Positions 29,367 through 40,222 of a DNA stretch of 64,000 nt are shown here, one piece after another. The notes beneath the pieces are model-generated. The model saw nothing but the letters and a program-made list of their open reading frames with translations, ran no database searches and was not told where the DNA came from. Every line of letters begins with the position of its first letter. The stretch's first letter is position 1. The stretch comes from an uncultured delta proteobacterium. Lineage in GTDB: Bacteria; Bdellovibrionota; FAC87; UBA2466. The DNA lies in assembly GCA_963778115.1 (NCBI GenBank), contig CAVZSV010000004.1:1760001-1824000 (forward strand), in the 5' to 3' direction. The position numbers were made by a program, and so were the translations under genes.

Positions 29367-29561
29367 GGAGTCCCCCGTTAAAAAACGTCCCCATCGTACC
29401 AAACTGCCGGAATTAAGTATTTGCGCCATGACCCAAGATCTTCATGGCCCCATGACAATATGAGTCAATGGGCCGTACCTTTTTGTAGGGAAAAATTCTC
29501 AAACGTTGCCGAAATTGCCTTTTGGGCAAGTTACAATCTTTTGTGCCATAATCATTACGCT

Positions 29562-31691
29562 GTGTCAGATTTACGCTTAATCCTAGGCCTACTTCCGATT
29601 TTGACGGCAACAATTGCCTCGGCAAAGGGTACGGCAACTGCCTTACACGCTCCGCCTAAGCCGATTTCTGAAGACGTTCCCTTAAATTCTGAACAGGTTA
29701 CCCTCACCGGAATAGTAGCGGAACTTTCCCCTACCGAAGTTCTATTCAGAACCGCAGATCAAGATATAAAAATAAGCCTCAAAGAGCTTCCTGAGCCGTT
29801 TCAGAAAGCTCTTCATGGTAGTCCTAAAGAGATTCAACCTTGGAGATTTCCCGAGAAAGCCATTATTTCACGGACCGACGTTGCTTTCGGGATCCGCCCT
29901 GATTGCACCGAACTTCCTTTAAGTGTCGGTAAGTTAGATTCCATTGCCAATTCAAGTAGCGATCAGATCGATTTCTTAAGGAATATTCCGGGAGGAACGC
30001 TATCGACGTTTACCTTCGTCACCCATAGTCTTAGCTCTCAGCGCGGCGTTGATGCCGACGGAAAGCCGAAAGGCGACGTCCGTCCCCTGTGGCCTCGAGT
30101 GGTCAGAACCTCAATCGACGGAAAGCTTACTCTGACGTACGTATGTGATCCCGAAAATCCCAGTTACGGAAAGGTCGAAGCCATTTACTACGATGACGCT
30201 ACCGACAGCCTTCAATCCAAGGAATATAGTTTCCACAACGAACCAGGGGTAGGCGAAGGGAAAAGGGTCCTTACGAATTCAAGTTCCTGTATCCAATGCC
30301 ACGGCACCACCAGCGTGAAAGGCGTCGCAAGCTTTAAACACGTTTGGAACGAATATTCTGACTGGGGAGATTGCGTGCGCACCCGAGGAATTGCGCTCTA
30401 CGGATCTAACGATGACAATATGGGCTCGGGGTATAGAAAAAGATACCATCTTTCAAAATCAAAATACCCTGACGGCTGCACGGAAGAAGAAGATATCGCC
30501 GCCATAGAGCAAGAAAAAACAGACTACCAAAATTTCAAACGGCTGCAGAAGGATAACCCCTGCTACCAGCTTTTGCCGTGGCCTAAGATCCCCCCAGGAA
30601 AGGAGCAAAGCCGACTCGCTCTTTACTATCCCTACGCCGACGATGCGCTGGGCCAGGTCTCTGAGACCGGCGGCGACTATAACTTCTCGCGCCGGGCGAA
30701 TCTGAGAATTACCAAAGCCTTCAGCCATCTCCAAGCCAAGCGAATTACCAAACTGATGAAAGATGATCCTAGCTACAACGCAGCCAAATATTTTCTCGCG
30801 ATGGAAGGAGCCCATTGCCGAGAGAAGGGAGAGACAGATCAATTAGTGGCATGTCTTGGAATGAAATTGGATCGAACGCCCACGGATTCCGATCCCAATG
30901 CATCGGATATAGAAATACATAATGACCCCAAAAGCTCTCTTCCGATTCTTTTCAACTATGGAAAGTTTATCGGAATGGACGATTCTGAGTGGAATTTGGA
31001 GTTTAAATTACCAGGAGTTCCCAGTTACCGGATGGGGACGGCCGAGGTAGGAATCGCAGATTTAGTAGCTGGAGAAATTTTGCGCGATATAGGAAAAAAG
31101 GATCCCTCGATAGCGACTCAATTCCCTCAGCTAACCGACTCTCCCGAAACGAGTCAGGGAGGAAAATCCTACCGTTGTTTGGACGATGTAAGCGCCCCTA
31201 TCGCTTATGCGGTAAGCGGAATATCAACGGATGAATCTCTCTGTACGATTCTAAGAACCGACGCCATGGCCCACCTAGACACTCTAAAAAAGGAAGGCAA
31301 ATGCAATGCTCACTCCGCTTCGCTACCTTCCTCTGTTAGCTCCGTTACGCACGACCCCCTCGATCCCGCTTCGGTAGAACGCGGAAGAAAATTGGCGATG
31401 AACGGCCATAAAGGCAATTGCACTTCTTGCCATAGCCCCACCACCGAAAATAGCCACGCTTATCCTAAGGAAATTCTCTTCTTACCGAGTGGGAGTCTTC
31501 CCGCCTCTCAAAATAGCCGAGCCCTCGCCCTTCTCAAAGGACGAGGAGCTGGAAATTTCTTCGATTCGCTAAAAACTCGCTTAGTCACGCTTTCCGACAT
31601 GCCGCCGAAGGGTTTTGGGCAACTCCTCACCCCCCAAGACAAAACCGATCTTCAAAGTTACTTTCGAAGTCTCATCGATACACAAAGGTAG
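29562..31691 (+). CDS. Exported di-heme c-type cytochrome-like protein of unknown function
   Basis: CIQCH and CTSCH, plus a C-terminal MPP...LT..D..DL..Y class I cytochrome tail. Signal peptide from GTG 29562 (track start 29421). Confidence 0.75.
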   Translation: MSDLRLILGLLPILTATIASAKGTATALHAPPKPISEDVPLNSEQVTLTGIVAELSPTEVLFRTADQDIKISLKELPEPFQKALHGSPKEIQPWRFPEKAIISRTDVAFGIRPDCTELPLSVGKLDSIANSSSDQIDFLRNIPGGTLSTFTFVTHSLSSQRGVDADGKPKGDVRPLWPRVVRTSIDGKLTLTYVCDPENPSYGKVEAIYYDDATDSLQSKEYSFHNEPGVGEGKRVLTNSSSCIQCHGTTSVKGVASFKHVWNEYSDWGDCVRTRGIALYGSNDDNMGSGYRKRYHLSKSKYPDGCTEEEDIAAIEQEKTDYQNFKRLQKDNPCYQLLPWPKIPPGKEQSRLALYYPYADDALGQVSETGGDYNFSRRANLRITKAFSHLQAKRITKLMKDDPSYNAAKYFLAMEGAHCREKGETDQLVACLGMKLDRTPTDSDPNASDIEIHNDPKSSLPILFNYGKFIGMDDSEWNLEFKLPGVPSYRMGTAEVGIADLVAGEILRDIGKKDPSIATQFPQLTDSPETSQGGKSYRCLDDVSAPIAYAVSGISTDESLCTILRTDAMAHLDTLKKEGKCNAHSASLPSSVSSVTHDPLDPASVERGRKLAMNGHKGNCTSCHSPTTENSHAYPKEILFLPSGSLPASQNSRALALLKGRGAGNFFDSLKTRLVTLSDMPPKGFGQLLTPQDKTDLQSYFRSLIDTQR

Positions 31692-31946
31692 GCCGTACCT
31701 TTCTGTGGTTCTCAAAATCCGAAAGAAAACGTAAAACGAAACTAACACCATTCCTAGTAAAAGAACGCTATTCACCATACAGATGACGACACTCAAACGA
31801 ACTGGCGAAACTCCCGAAGGCGCTATCAGAGGTAACAAAAAAGAGACCGTGCGCAATAGCAGACAGGCGACGACAAATAGATCCGTTCGAAATTTCGAAA
31901 ATAGTTCGAATCGCCGTTCTTTAAGCAATGAAGAGAGGTTGATCAT
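31581..31946 (-). CDS. Possible small membrane protein
   Basis: GAGG SD before the ATG and two hydrophobic segments, but a 111-bp convergent overlap with the cytochrome gene. Confidence 0.35.
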   Translation of the reverse strand: MINLSSLLKERRFELFSKFRTDLFVVACLLLRTVSFLLPLIAPSGVSPVRLSVVICMVNSVLLLGMVLVSFYVFFRILRTTERYGLPLCIDETSKVTLKIGFVLGGEELPKTLRRHVGKRD

Positions 31947-32019
31947 AACCTCGTCTTGAAATTAACAATACCGCAAAAACGACAACTTACTGACGTCAGG
32001 CGTTTCGCCGTTGCCCCTC

Positions 32020-33525
32020 TTACCATCCTTGCGCCGCTCGAGCCGCGGCCAAGTCCATCACAAACGCTTCGCCTCGCGGAGTGCCTAACCCCGTTGCGAG
32101 ATCGTACCCTTCGGTTACGGAATAGCCGGTCACCGCCGAAGGCGGCATGTGAGTGGGGCCGACCGCGTTAAGGACATCGACATCGAAGAATAGAGCGTTA
32201 CTATCCAGGACCACTTGGTTTTGCGTACCGATGGTTTGCGGAACTACGTCGTTAAAGTCTTGCGAAGAAAGCGCATAGATGAGCTTATTTAAGTTCCCAA
32301 TCCCGACCGTTTTTCCTAACCGGTTGCTAGCTTCTTGACCCGCTAGCGCCACCAAACCTGCAATCTCAGGAGTTGCCGCACTGGTTCCGCCAACCGCTTG
32401 CCACGTGGGCGGAGCGCCAGTCGTCCCGTAACTTTCATATACCGCTACTCCACCATTGATGGAGGCGTTGAAGGAAAGATCAGGTACCGCACGAAAGCCT
32501 TTTACTAAATTTTGGACATCGGAATTAAGCACTGACTGAAAGTCGGGGCTTTTAAAAACAGTACTGATGCCGCCTCCGCCACCCGCCAAGGCCCAGTCTT
32601 CTTTCCATACCATTTCGACGGTTCCCCCCGTGTTCTCGGAAGCGTTCAGAAAGTTATTCGGGCAAACCGAGAGACCAGCCAACTGGCACTTCCAATAATC
32701 CTCGGCCGTTCCTTGGGGATTCCACTTCCAGTTAGCTTGCACGGAAGTTCCTCCCACCGAAGTCACCAAAGGATCGCTCGAGGGATAACTCACCGTGGGA
32801 AAGGCGTACATCGCCGTCTGATCGGTGTTGATCGAAGCCGTTCCCCAATCTCCCGCACCTGCCACCAAGGTAATTCCCGCATCCGTCGCGTCTTGAAGGA
32901 TCTTATGAAGCGAACCCTGAACATAGGTAGAGATCTCGGTGCTAGAAAAGGTAGCTTCTCCCGTGGCAAAGCTCATGGAGATGATGGCATTGGGATACTG
33001 TGTCGTCGCTATCTTAAAGCCATCAAACAAATCTTGTAATCCGTTCATCGCGGTCGTTTCTGAACTTGAAGTCACGATGTTCACCAACGTAGCGTCCGGA
33101 GCGATGACGTGGGCCCACTCAGCATCTAGAGTCGTTTCCTCGGCCCAACCCTTCTCGTCGTCGTTAGCAAGAGTATTAGTGTAGGGACCGTTGGGATAAA
33201 TAAATTGAATCGTGGTTTTAGGAAGATTATAGGTATCACTGAAATGGTCTAAATCACTCTGTAGTGTCGGGCTGCCGAAAGAATCGGCGAAGATAATGGT
33301 CTGCCCTTTGCCAGTAATCCCATTGGCGTGCAGTTTATCAATACCGTAAGCTTTCAAAAATTCATCAGGGCTATAGCAATGCTGGTTGGGACTTTGCACC
33401 GGACTTGATCCATCGGGAAAGACGCAAACGGATTTTCCGTGGAAGTGAGCGGAAGGACCGCTAATGTGAAGTGGTTTGGCTAAAAGGTTTCCCGCTACCG
33501 TCATGACGGCCAAAGCGGAAACCAA
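32020..33525 (-). CDS. Secreted S53 (sedolisin/kumamolisin-like) peptidase
   Basis: E.TLD.EWAH..AP, AGDWG, YP.SDP.VT.VGGT, R.VPD, GGTSAATP, GYDLATGLGTP. The start may be an upstream ATT at 33555. Confidence 0.92.
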   Translation of the reverse strand: MVSALAVMTVAGNLLAKPLHISGPSAHFHGKSVCVFPDGSSPVQSPNQHCYSPDEFLKAYGIDKLHANGITGKGQTIIFADSFGSPTLQSDLDHFSDTYNLPKTTIQFIYPNGPYTNTLANDDEKGWAEETTLDAEWAHVIAPDATLVNIVTSSSETTAMNGLQDLFDGFKIATTQYPNAIISMSFATGEATFSSTEISTYVQGSLHKILQDATDAGITLVAGAGDWGTASINTDQTAMYAFPTVSYPSSDPLVTSVGGTSVQANWKWNPQGTAEDYWKCQLAGLSVCPNNFLNASENTGGTVEMVWKEDWALAGGGGGISTVFKSPDFQSVLNSDVQNLVKGFRAVPDLSFNASINGGVAVYESYGTTGAPPTWQAVGGTSAATPEIAGLVALAGQEASNRLGKTVGIGNLNKLIYALSSQDFNDVVPQTIGTQNQVVLDSNALFFDVDVLNAVGPTHMPPSAVTGYSVTEGYDLATGLGTPRGEAFVMDLAAARAAQGW

Positions 33526-33639
33526 GAATTTTGAATTTAAAGATAGAGTCTTAATGTTATCCCCCCAACTAATGCCCTATTCCTAGAACTCGACTAATGG
33601 GGTCATTAAGTCAAACGCGGCGGGTTAAGAACAGTACTT

Positions 33640-35685
33640 TCAATGATCGAGTTGAATTCGAGGCATCACAAAATTTTTGGAGTCTTTGGCGTACGACTCT
33701 AACATCTGACGAATGGCAGTCATTTCCGTATCGTCGGAAGGAGCTACCGATGCGTATCTTCTAAAAGCATTCACCGCTTTGGGAGTGAAAGCGGTGTCCT
33801 GATGGGCGAGCCCCCCGTAAGCAATGGCGAGCCATTTGTAGTTCGAAGGAGCTGCCTCAGATCTTTCGTCCAAAGATTCCATGGGCGACAGCACAGAGAC
33901 CGCTTCCGATAGCAGTTTAAAATCCTGGGTGGGCGTTGATAACGAAAACTGGATCAACTGTGATGCCACGAGTGCCCGATCATACCAAACCCTGTCAAAA
34001 ACAAAGGCTTCCCAACCACCATGCCGGTAACGAAACCACTCGGCGGGCCGAAACCAGCGCTCCGTCTCGATGAGATCCTTTTTTCGCTGTTCCAACGATT
34101 CTCTGCTAGTGAGGACGGTTCCTTTTCTCACCCACCTTTCGCTAAATCCAAAGGGAATGGTTTCATAAGAGTCAGTCCAGCTCTTCATATCCTCTTCGTC
34201 GGGTATCATAGGGTCGGAATAGATCGGAAAATGATCGATATTGGAATCGATAAAAGCTTTCAGATCGTAACCGACATTGAGAGCCGAACCAGGAACGACC
34301 ACGGTGGGAAAATTCTTTTCTATATTATTTTTCATCCAGGAATGCGTCAGCATAGAGCGATCCAGTAACACCACATCAGGTCGGTTTCCCTCACAATACT
34401 GGAGGTATTTGAGCACGTAACTATCGGCATCCCCTTTGGTGAGATAGAGCGCATTTTTTGGCAATGGTTCCAAGATGGCTAGTCCATACTTCTCAAGCAT
34501 CCGGTTGTCGTGTTGGTCTTGAGTCCTAAAATTAATTCCACACTGAAGACTGACGATCAAGATCGCGACTATCGGACCATATTTTTTAAAACTCTCCCGT
34601 CTCGCTACCCAAGCGATGCCGAGTCCAATCCAAGCAAAGACTAATATATTAGGCTGCTGCCAAAATCGGCTGAAGACGACTCTATTAACAGGAACATTTA
34701 ATCGGAGATTTCCAAGCCACTCAAAAACTAGAAGATAAAAAAGTAGCCCCCACACTGTGGCTAACCACAGGCCGCGCTCTTGAACGGCGGAAACCAGGGC
34801 AAAGACGACAAAAGGGACTCCTAGGTAAAGGGTCTCCTTGGGAAGACTTCCTAAGTATCCGAGTGTCGCTTCGCCAAAAACTTTTGCCGTCCCCATTGTG
34901 GAAACCAATTTCAATGTCCCATATTCGGATCGGGTGATGTGATTGAAAAATCCGGTCCACGTAGCCACGTCTCCCCAGGAGACTGGGGAAAGTCGCCCTG
35001 CCGCCCAAGGAAGATAAGCATAGGGAAGCAGCCCTAGCATAAAAAGGGCGCCTAGGGTGAAAAGGGCTTTGCCCCGCAAGAGCGAACGACGACCTCGCCA
35101 CAACACCCATACTGCCGCCGGAAACACATAGAGGATAAATGCTTGGTGATTCGCTAATCCGAGTCCCGAGAGAAGAGCACCCCCCATTGCCACTCGAACG
35201 GATCTCTCCCTCTCAAAGCGGACGAGGAGAAAAAGAAGGGCCGAGACAAAAAGATTGTTGAGGGCAAAGACTTCGGCAACGGTAGCGTAAGTCCACACCA
35301 AAGGAGAAAAAGCGAATAATCCTCCCGCCACCATTCCAGCCCAGCGATTGTTGGTCGCTTCGCCAACCGATCGCGATAGGAAGAAAGCCGCCACACTATC
35401 GCAAACGGCGGAAAAAAGGGCCACTCGCCAGGCGATGGTGCCGTAAGGAATAAAGGTGAATAGCTTAGCTAGCAATAGATAGAGTGGATAACCGGGGGGA
35501 TGTGCGACTGCTCCAAGATAACTCGCGGTGACAAGCTCGCCGCTATCGCCTCCTCCCACTCCGGGGAGCATGGTAAAGACATAAACGACGAGAACCGTAA
35601 CTCCAACGGCCGCACTTAGGGTAAAGACCTCTCTGTCAAAATCGTGAGTAAGTTGACGGAACTGATTGGCGCTCTTTGGTTTCAT
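33640..35685 (-). CDS. DUF2723 / TMEM260-like membrane glycosyltransferase
   Basis: GDSGEL......VAHPPGYPLY, W.YA..AEVF.LN, GL.NH and Y.YLP motifs; TPR-like C-terminus. Confidence 0.88.
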   Translation of the reverse strand: MKPKSANQFRQLTHDFDREVFTLSAAVGVTVLVVYVFTMLPGVGGGDSGELVTASYLGAVAHPPGYPLYLLLAKLFTFIPYGTIAWRVALFSAVCDSVAAFFLSRSVGEATNNRWAGMVAGGLFAFSPLVWTYATVAEVFALNNLFVSALLFLLVRFERERSVRVAMGGALLSGLGLANHQAFILYVFPAAVWVLWRGRRSLLRGKALFTLGALFMLGLLPYAYLPWAAGRLSPVSWGDVATWTGFFNHITRSEYGTLKLVSTMGTAKVFGEATLGYLGSLPKETLYLGVPFVVFALVSAVQERGLWLATVWGLLFYLLVFEWLGNLRLNVPVNRVVFSRFWQQPNILVFAWIGLGIAWVARRESFKKYGPIVAILIVSLQCGINFRTQDQHDNRMLEKYGLAILEPLPKNALYLTKGDADSYVLKYLQYCEGNRPDVVLLDRSMLTHSWMKNNIEKNFPTVVVPGSALNVGYDLKAFIDSNIDHFPIYSDPMIPDEEDMKSWTDSYETIPFGFSERWVRKGTVLTSRESLEQRKKDLIETERWFRPAEWFRYRHGGWEAFVFDRVWYDRALVASQLIQFSLSTPTQDFKLLSEAVSVLSPMESLDERSEAAPSNYKWLAIAYGGLAHQDTAFTPKAVNAFRRYASVAPSDDTEMTAIRQMLESYAKDSKNFVMPRIQLDH

Positions 35686-35761
35686 AGCGAATGGTTAGTT
35701 CTAGCATCATACTCTAGCCGTGCTACTTTCGCATTCACCATGCTAGTATCCTAGACGATGA

Positions 35762-37025
<1,264 letters not shown>

Positions 37026-37163
37026 TACTCCCCCCTGAATCACACGATTGCGGGGTTATGATACCAAAAAAGCAAAGCCGTAGCTTTGAATGTCGTTTTG
37101 ACAACGAAAAGTACATTGCCAATGATTTGCGTTTCCGGCGACTTTCATTAGAATACTTTCTTC

Positions 37164-37658
37164 ATGGCATTGGTAAGGGGGTATCTTATTTTCTTCAGAC
37201 TTTTTCTTCTTCTCGGTTTGCTCGGACCTATTTTCTTAAGCGCACAAACAGTTCCTCCTTTAGAGGACGATGCCCCTAAAGAGTGTTCCAACTTAGAAAA
37301 GCTTGATCTCACGAAGCTGACGTCAGCCGATCAAGCGAAGACTACATTGGTGGGCACTTGGATCCTGTGCGTGATAAAGCAAAAGGGCGTTTTTGGAGAA
37401 AACCATTACGGAATTCAATTCACCTCGGATGAACAATGGTCACTCTTATTTCAAGACGCTTCAGGAAAGATTGAAGAGCACCCCACGGAACCGGATAGTT
37501 ACGGACTTTTCTCAATTATTGCCGATAATGGCATTTTCGAATTAAATTTTCGGGTTCCTTCGGGTTGGTTACAAGGCCAAATGGCAGTCTCCACCAGTGG
37601 AAATACGCTCTATGTGGGAGCCTTCAATCAGTATCAGCTCTATTATCGATTGAAGTAG
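37164..37658 (+). CDS. Exported hypothetical protein, possible beta-barrel (lipocalin-like)
   Basis: Signal peptide; LVGTW motif; beta-rich. Confidence 0.6.
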   Translation: MALVRGYLIFFRLFLLLGLLGPIFLSAQTVPPLEDDAPKECSNLEKLDLTKLTSADQAKTTLVGTWILCVIKQKGVFGENHYGIQFTSDEQWSLLFQDASGKIEEHPTEPDSYGLFSIIADNGIFELNFRVPSGWLQGQMAVSTSGNTLYVGAFNQYQLYYRLK

Positions 37659-37668
37659 AAGAGCGCAT

Positions 37669-38808
37669 TCACGCACTGGCGCTCCGACTGCGAGTCGGAA
37701 ACCAAATCGCTATCGCTCCACAGCAGGCGAACGAACAGACGGCCCCCGCGAAAAACACCGCTGGGTATTTAAAGTAGGTCGCAATAAGTCCGAACGCTAG
37801 ATTGCTGATAAAGAGGGAGAGATCCCAGAACACGCTATACCACCCCAGTACCGTCCCATGTCGATGCAGATCGACACCCGATATCACTTGCAACGCCATC
37901 GCGGGATAGATCAAAGCCGTTCCCAATCCCGCCGCGAAGGCACCCAAGACTGCGGTAATGGGTCCGGGGGCAAAAGCTATCCCCAATAATCCAGCCGCTT
38001 CTAGGAGGGAGGATATTCCCGCCACTTTGCCGACGGAAAGTTTATCGAGAGAACCGCCTCCCAACACTCGCATGATCACAAACCCCATCGCAAATAAAGA
38101 GACCGGCCAAGCGGCTCCTATCCAACCGCGAGAAGTAAAAAGAAGACTCGCAAACGTCGCCGTCGCCACAAACCCCGCGGAGGCAAGTCCCAATACCGTC
38201 CCCGGTCTAAACGTCTCTTTGGGAATCCATTCCAATTTAACTTTTCCAGAAGACGTCCCTTCCTCCTTGGGTAGCAAATGAACCAAGAAGTGGCCGACAA
38301 AAGGAATTAGGGCCACCAAAATGGCCACACCACGAAAGCCGAATTGATTAAAAGCAAAAGATCCCATGGGCGGTCCTATCATGGATCCCAACCAGAGAGT
38401 AACGCTGTAAAGACTAACTAATTTCCCTCGACGATTACTCGGCGCTTTAGCAATGACCCAAGCAACGCCCCCCGTGAAGCCCAGCCCTTCTCCAATTCCT
38501 TGGAGCGCCCGCCCGATTCCAAGAGAGACCAAAGTAGGTGGTAACAAGAAGATTAAGCCACCTATAAAACACATCCCGGTCGCGAGTCTCAGGGCCGCCC
38601 GTGATCCGCGACTAGTAATATAGCCGCCGACCCAAATTCTCGATCCGATGGCCCCGACCGCCTGCATGGCCATTTCAAATCCCACCATAAAATCGCTGGC
38701 CATTAGCTCGCCCCGCACGTAGCCGGGCAACACGGGGATCATGACTCCTATCGCAAGAAAAACGGAGAAAGTAGCGGAAAAAACCTTCCAGAAATCGGCT
38801 CTCTTCAT
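37669..38808 (-). CDS. MFS transporter
   Basis: About 12 TM helices; GRALQG.G, P..RRG and G...G.Y..FWDL motifs. Confidence 0.92.
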   Translation of the reverse strand: MKRADFWKVFSATFSVFLAIGVMIPVLPGYVRGELMASDFMVGFEMAMQAVGAIGSRIWVGGYITSRGSRAALRLATGMCFIGGLIFLLPPTLVSLGIGRALQGIGEGLGFTGGVAWVIAKAPSNRRGKLVSLYSVTLWLGSMIGPPMGSFAFNQFGFRGVAILVALIPFVGHFLVHLLPKEEGTSSGKVKLEWIPKETFRPGTVLGLASAGFVATATFASLLFTSRGWIGAAWPVSLFAMGFVIMRVLGGGSLDKLSVGKVAGISSLLEAAGLLGIAFAPGPITAVLGAFAAGLGTALIYPAMALQVISGVDLHRHGTVLGWYSVFWDLSLFISNLAFGLIATYFKYPAVFFAGAVCSFACCGAIAIWFPTRSRSASA

Positions 38809-38867
38809 AAGAAACGACTTAACTTCAGGGTGGCGGGTTAGGTCAAGGTTATGAGATAACTTCCCTT

Positions 38868-39401
38868 TTGCTTGTCATGAGATTTGATTTCATAAAGACG
38901 AAACGTTTGATTATCCGCCGTCTCATGCCCCATGATGCGGAGTCTGTCTCTCATTATCGAACCCTTCCTGAAGTTGCTAAGTTTCAATCGGCCTATTCCC
39001 GATCTCGCGTGGAGAGTTTGATTCAAGAGATGTCTGTGTCCGACCCTTCAGTAAAAGGAAAATGGTTTCAATTTGGAATAACTCTAGATCTCGAAGGTGT
39101 TTTGATTGGCGATATCGGCTTTCTTCACAATAATCAGAATCAAAAGAGCTGGCTTGGCTTTACTTTGAACCCGCTTTATTGGCGTCAAGGGTATGCGACC
39201 GAAGCAGTACAAGCGGTTATTACGTATTATTGCGGACTCGGCCTTTCTTCGGTCTGGGCCGCAGCAGCCTTTGAGAATCTAAACTCCATCAAGTTGCTAA
39301 AGGCAGTGGGGTTCCATCTGGTGGAGGCAACACCCGAAGAACTCATTTTTCAAAAACAACTGCCGAGTAGGGCTCAGCCTCAGACTGTTTCAAAGGTGTA
39401 A
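38868..39401 (+). CDS. GNAT acetyltransferase (RimJ/RimL type)
   Basis: T.RL.IRR, LIGDIG, GFTL.P.YW.QGYATEA, N..SI.LL..VGF. The true start is probably ATG 38877. Confidence 0.9.
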   Translation: MLVMRFDFIKTKRLIIRRLMPHDAESVSHYRTLPEVAKFQSAYSRSRVESLIQEMSVSDPSVKGKWFQFGITLDLEGVLIGDIGFLHNNQNQKSWLGFTLNPLYWRQGYATEAVQAVITYYCGLGLSSVWAAAAFENLNSIKLLKAVGFHLVEATPEELIFQKQLPSRAQPQTVSKV

Positions 39402-39519
39402 GAGTTCCTTTCAGGCCCAACTCGTCGTCTCTGTCTCATATTTGATCCAGTGGACTAATTACCCGCCGTTTCTCTCTCGAAAATGGCCGTGGGTCTTAGC
39501 CATTCTCTACGAAGCGCGA

Positions 39520-39535
39520 TGGCACGATCGTTGCT
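39520..39535 (+). promoter_or_regulatory. Sigma54 (-24/-12) promoter
   Basis: TGGCACGATCGTTGCT matches the consensus TGGCACG-N4-TTGCW, about 38 nt before ATG 39573. Confidence 0.8.
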
Positions 39536-39572
39536 CTTATGCCTTTGCGAAACCTAAACCGAGGAGAGACTT

Positions 39573-40157
39573 ATGAGTAAGCAAGTAAAAGAAAGTTGGA
39601 AGTTGGCCGCGGTTACGACCGTAGTGATGCTTTTGACGTTGGTTCATGTCGCCAAAGCAGAGGATTTTGATCCTGCTTCGGAGTCTTATGATCCGAGTCG
39701 GACGACGACGGGAGCACCGCAGGATCCTTACCAGGTTTCTAACCAGGCGCCCGAAGCGGTTGCCGGTGTGGAGCAAACTAGCGACACTGAGACCGTGGAA
39801 ACCCAAGTGACAAACATTAACGGACGAAACGAAGTTTCTGCGATGTATTTTACTCAAGTGGGATCCCCAACTCTGGGAACTCACCCCTGGTACGATACTC
39901 ACGGAAATACCGTCGGCGTTAGTTTTTCACAGAATGGAAACTATATTTTCACGTTCGATAAAGTGAAAATGGATTTCCGTTGTAGCTTCACCGCCGCGCA
40001 GGTTAAAGACTGGAAGGATCGGGCCTACCAAGCCTATCTTCAAAACACGAACTCAAGTTGGGCCTTGGCAAACTACACTCAGGCCGATTCCATCCTGCAG
40101 GCGATGCAACAGGTAGCTTACGCTAAAGATCAACACGAACCTACGCAACGATACTAA
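39573..40157 (+). CDS. Secreted hypothetical protein
   Basis: GAGGAG SD, signal peptide ending AKA, acidic low-complexity N-terminal region; has its own promoter and terminator. Confidence 0.8.
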   Translation: MSKQVKESWKLAAVTTVVMLLTLVHVAKAEDFDPASESYDPSRTTTGAPQDPYQVSNQAPEAVAGVEQTSDTETVETQVTNINGRNEVSAMYFTQVGSPTLGTHPWYDTHGNTVGVSFSQNGNYIFTFDKVKMDFRCSFTAAQVKDWKDRAYQAYLQNTNSSWALANYTQADSILQAMQQVAYAKDQHEPTQRY

Positions 40158-40187
40158 CCTTTCTTCATCGAATCTTTACTTCACACA

Positions 40188-40219
40188 GGCCGCGAGTAAA
40201 AACTCGCGGCCGTTTTTTT
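40188..40219 (+). terminator. Intrinsic terminator
   Basis: GGCCGCGAGT-AAAA-ACTCGCGGCC is a perfect 10-bp stem, followed by GTTTTTTT. Confidence 0.88.
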
Positions 40220-40222
40220 CTT

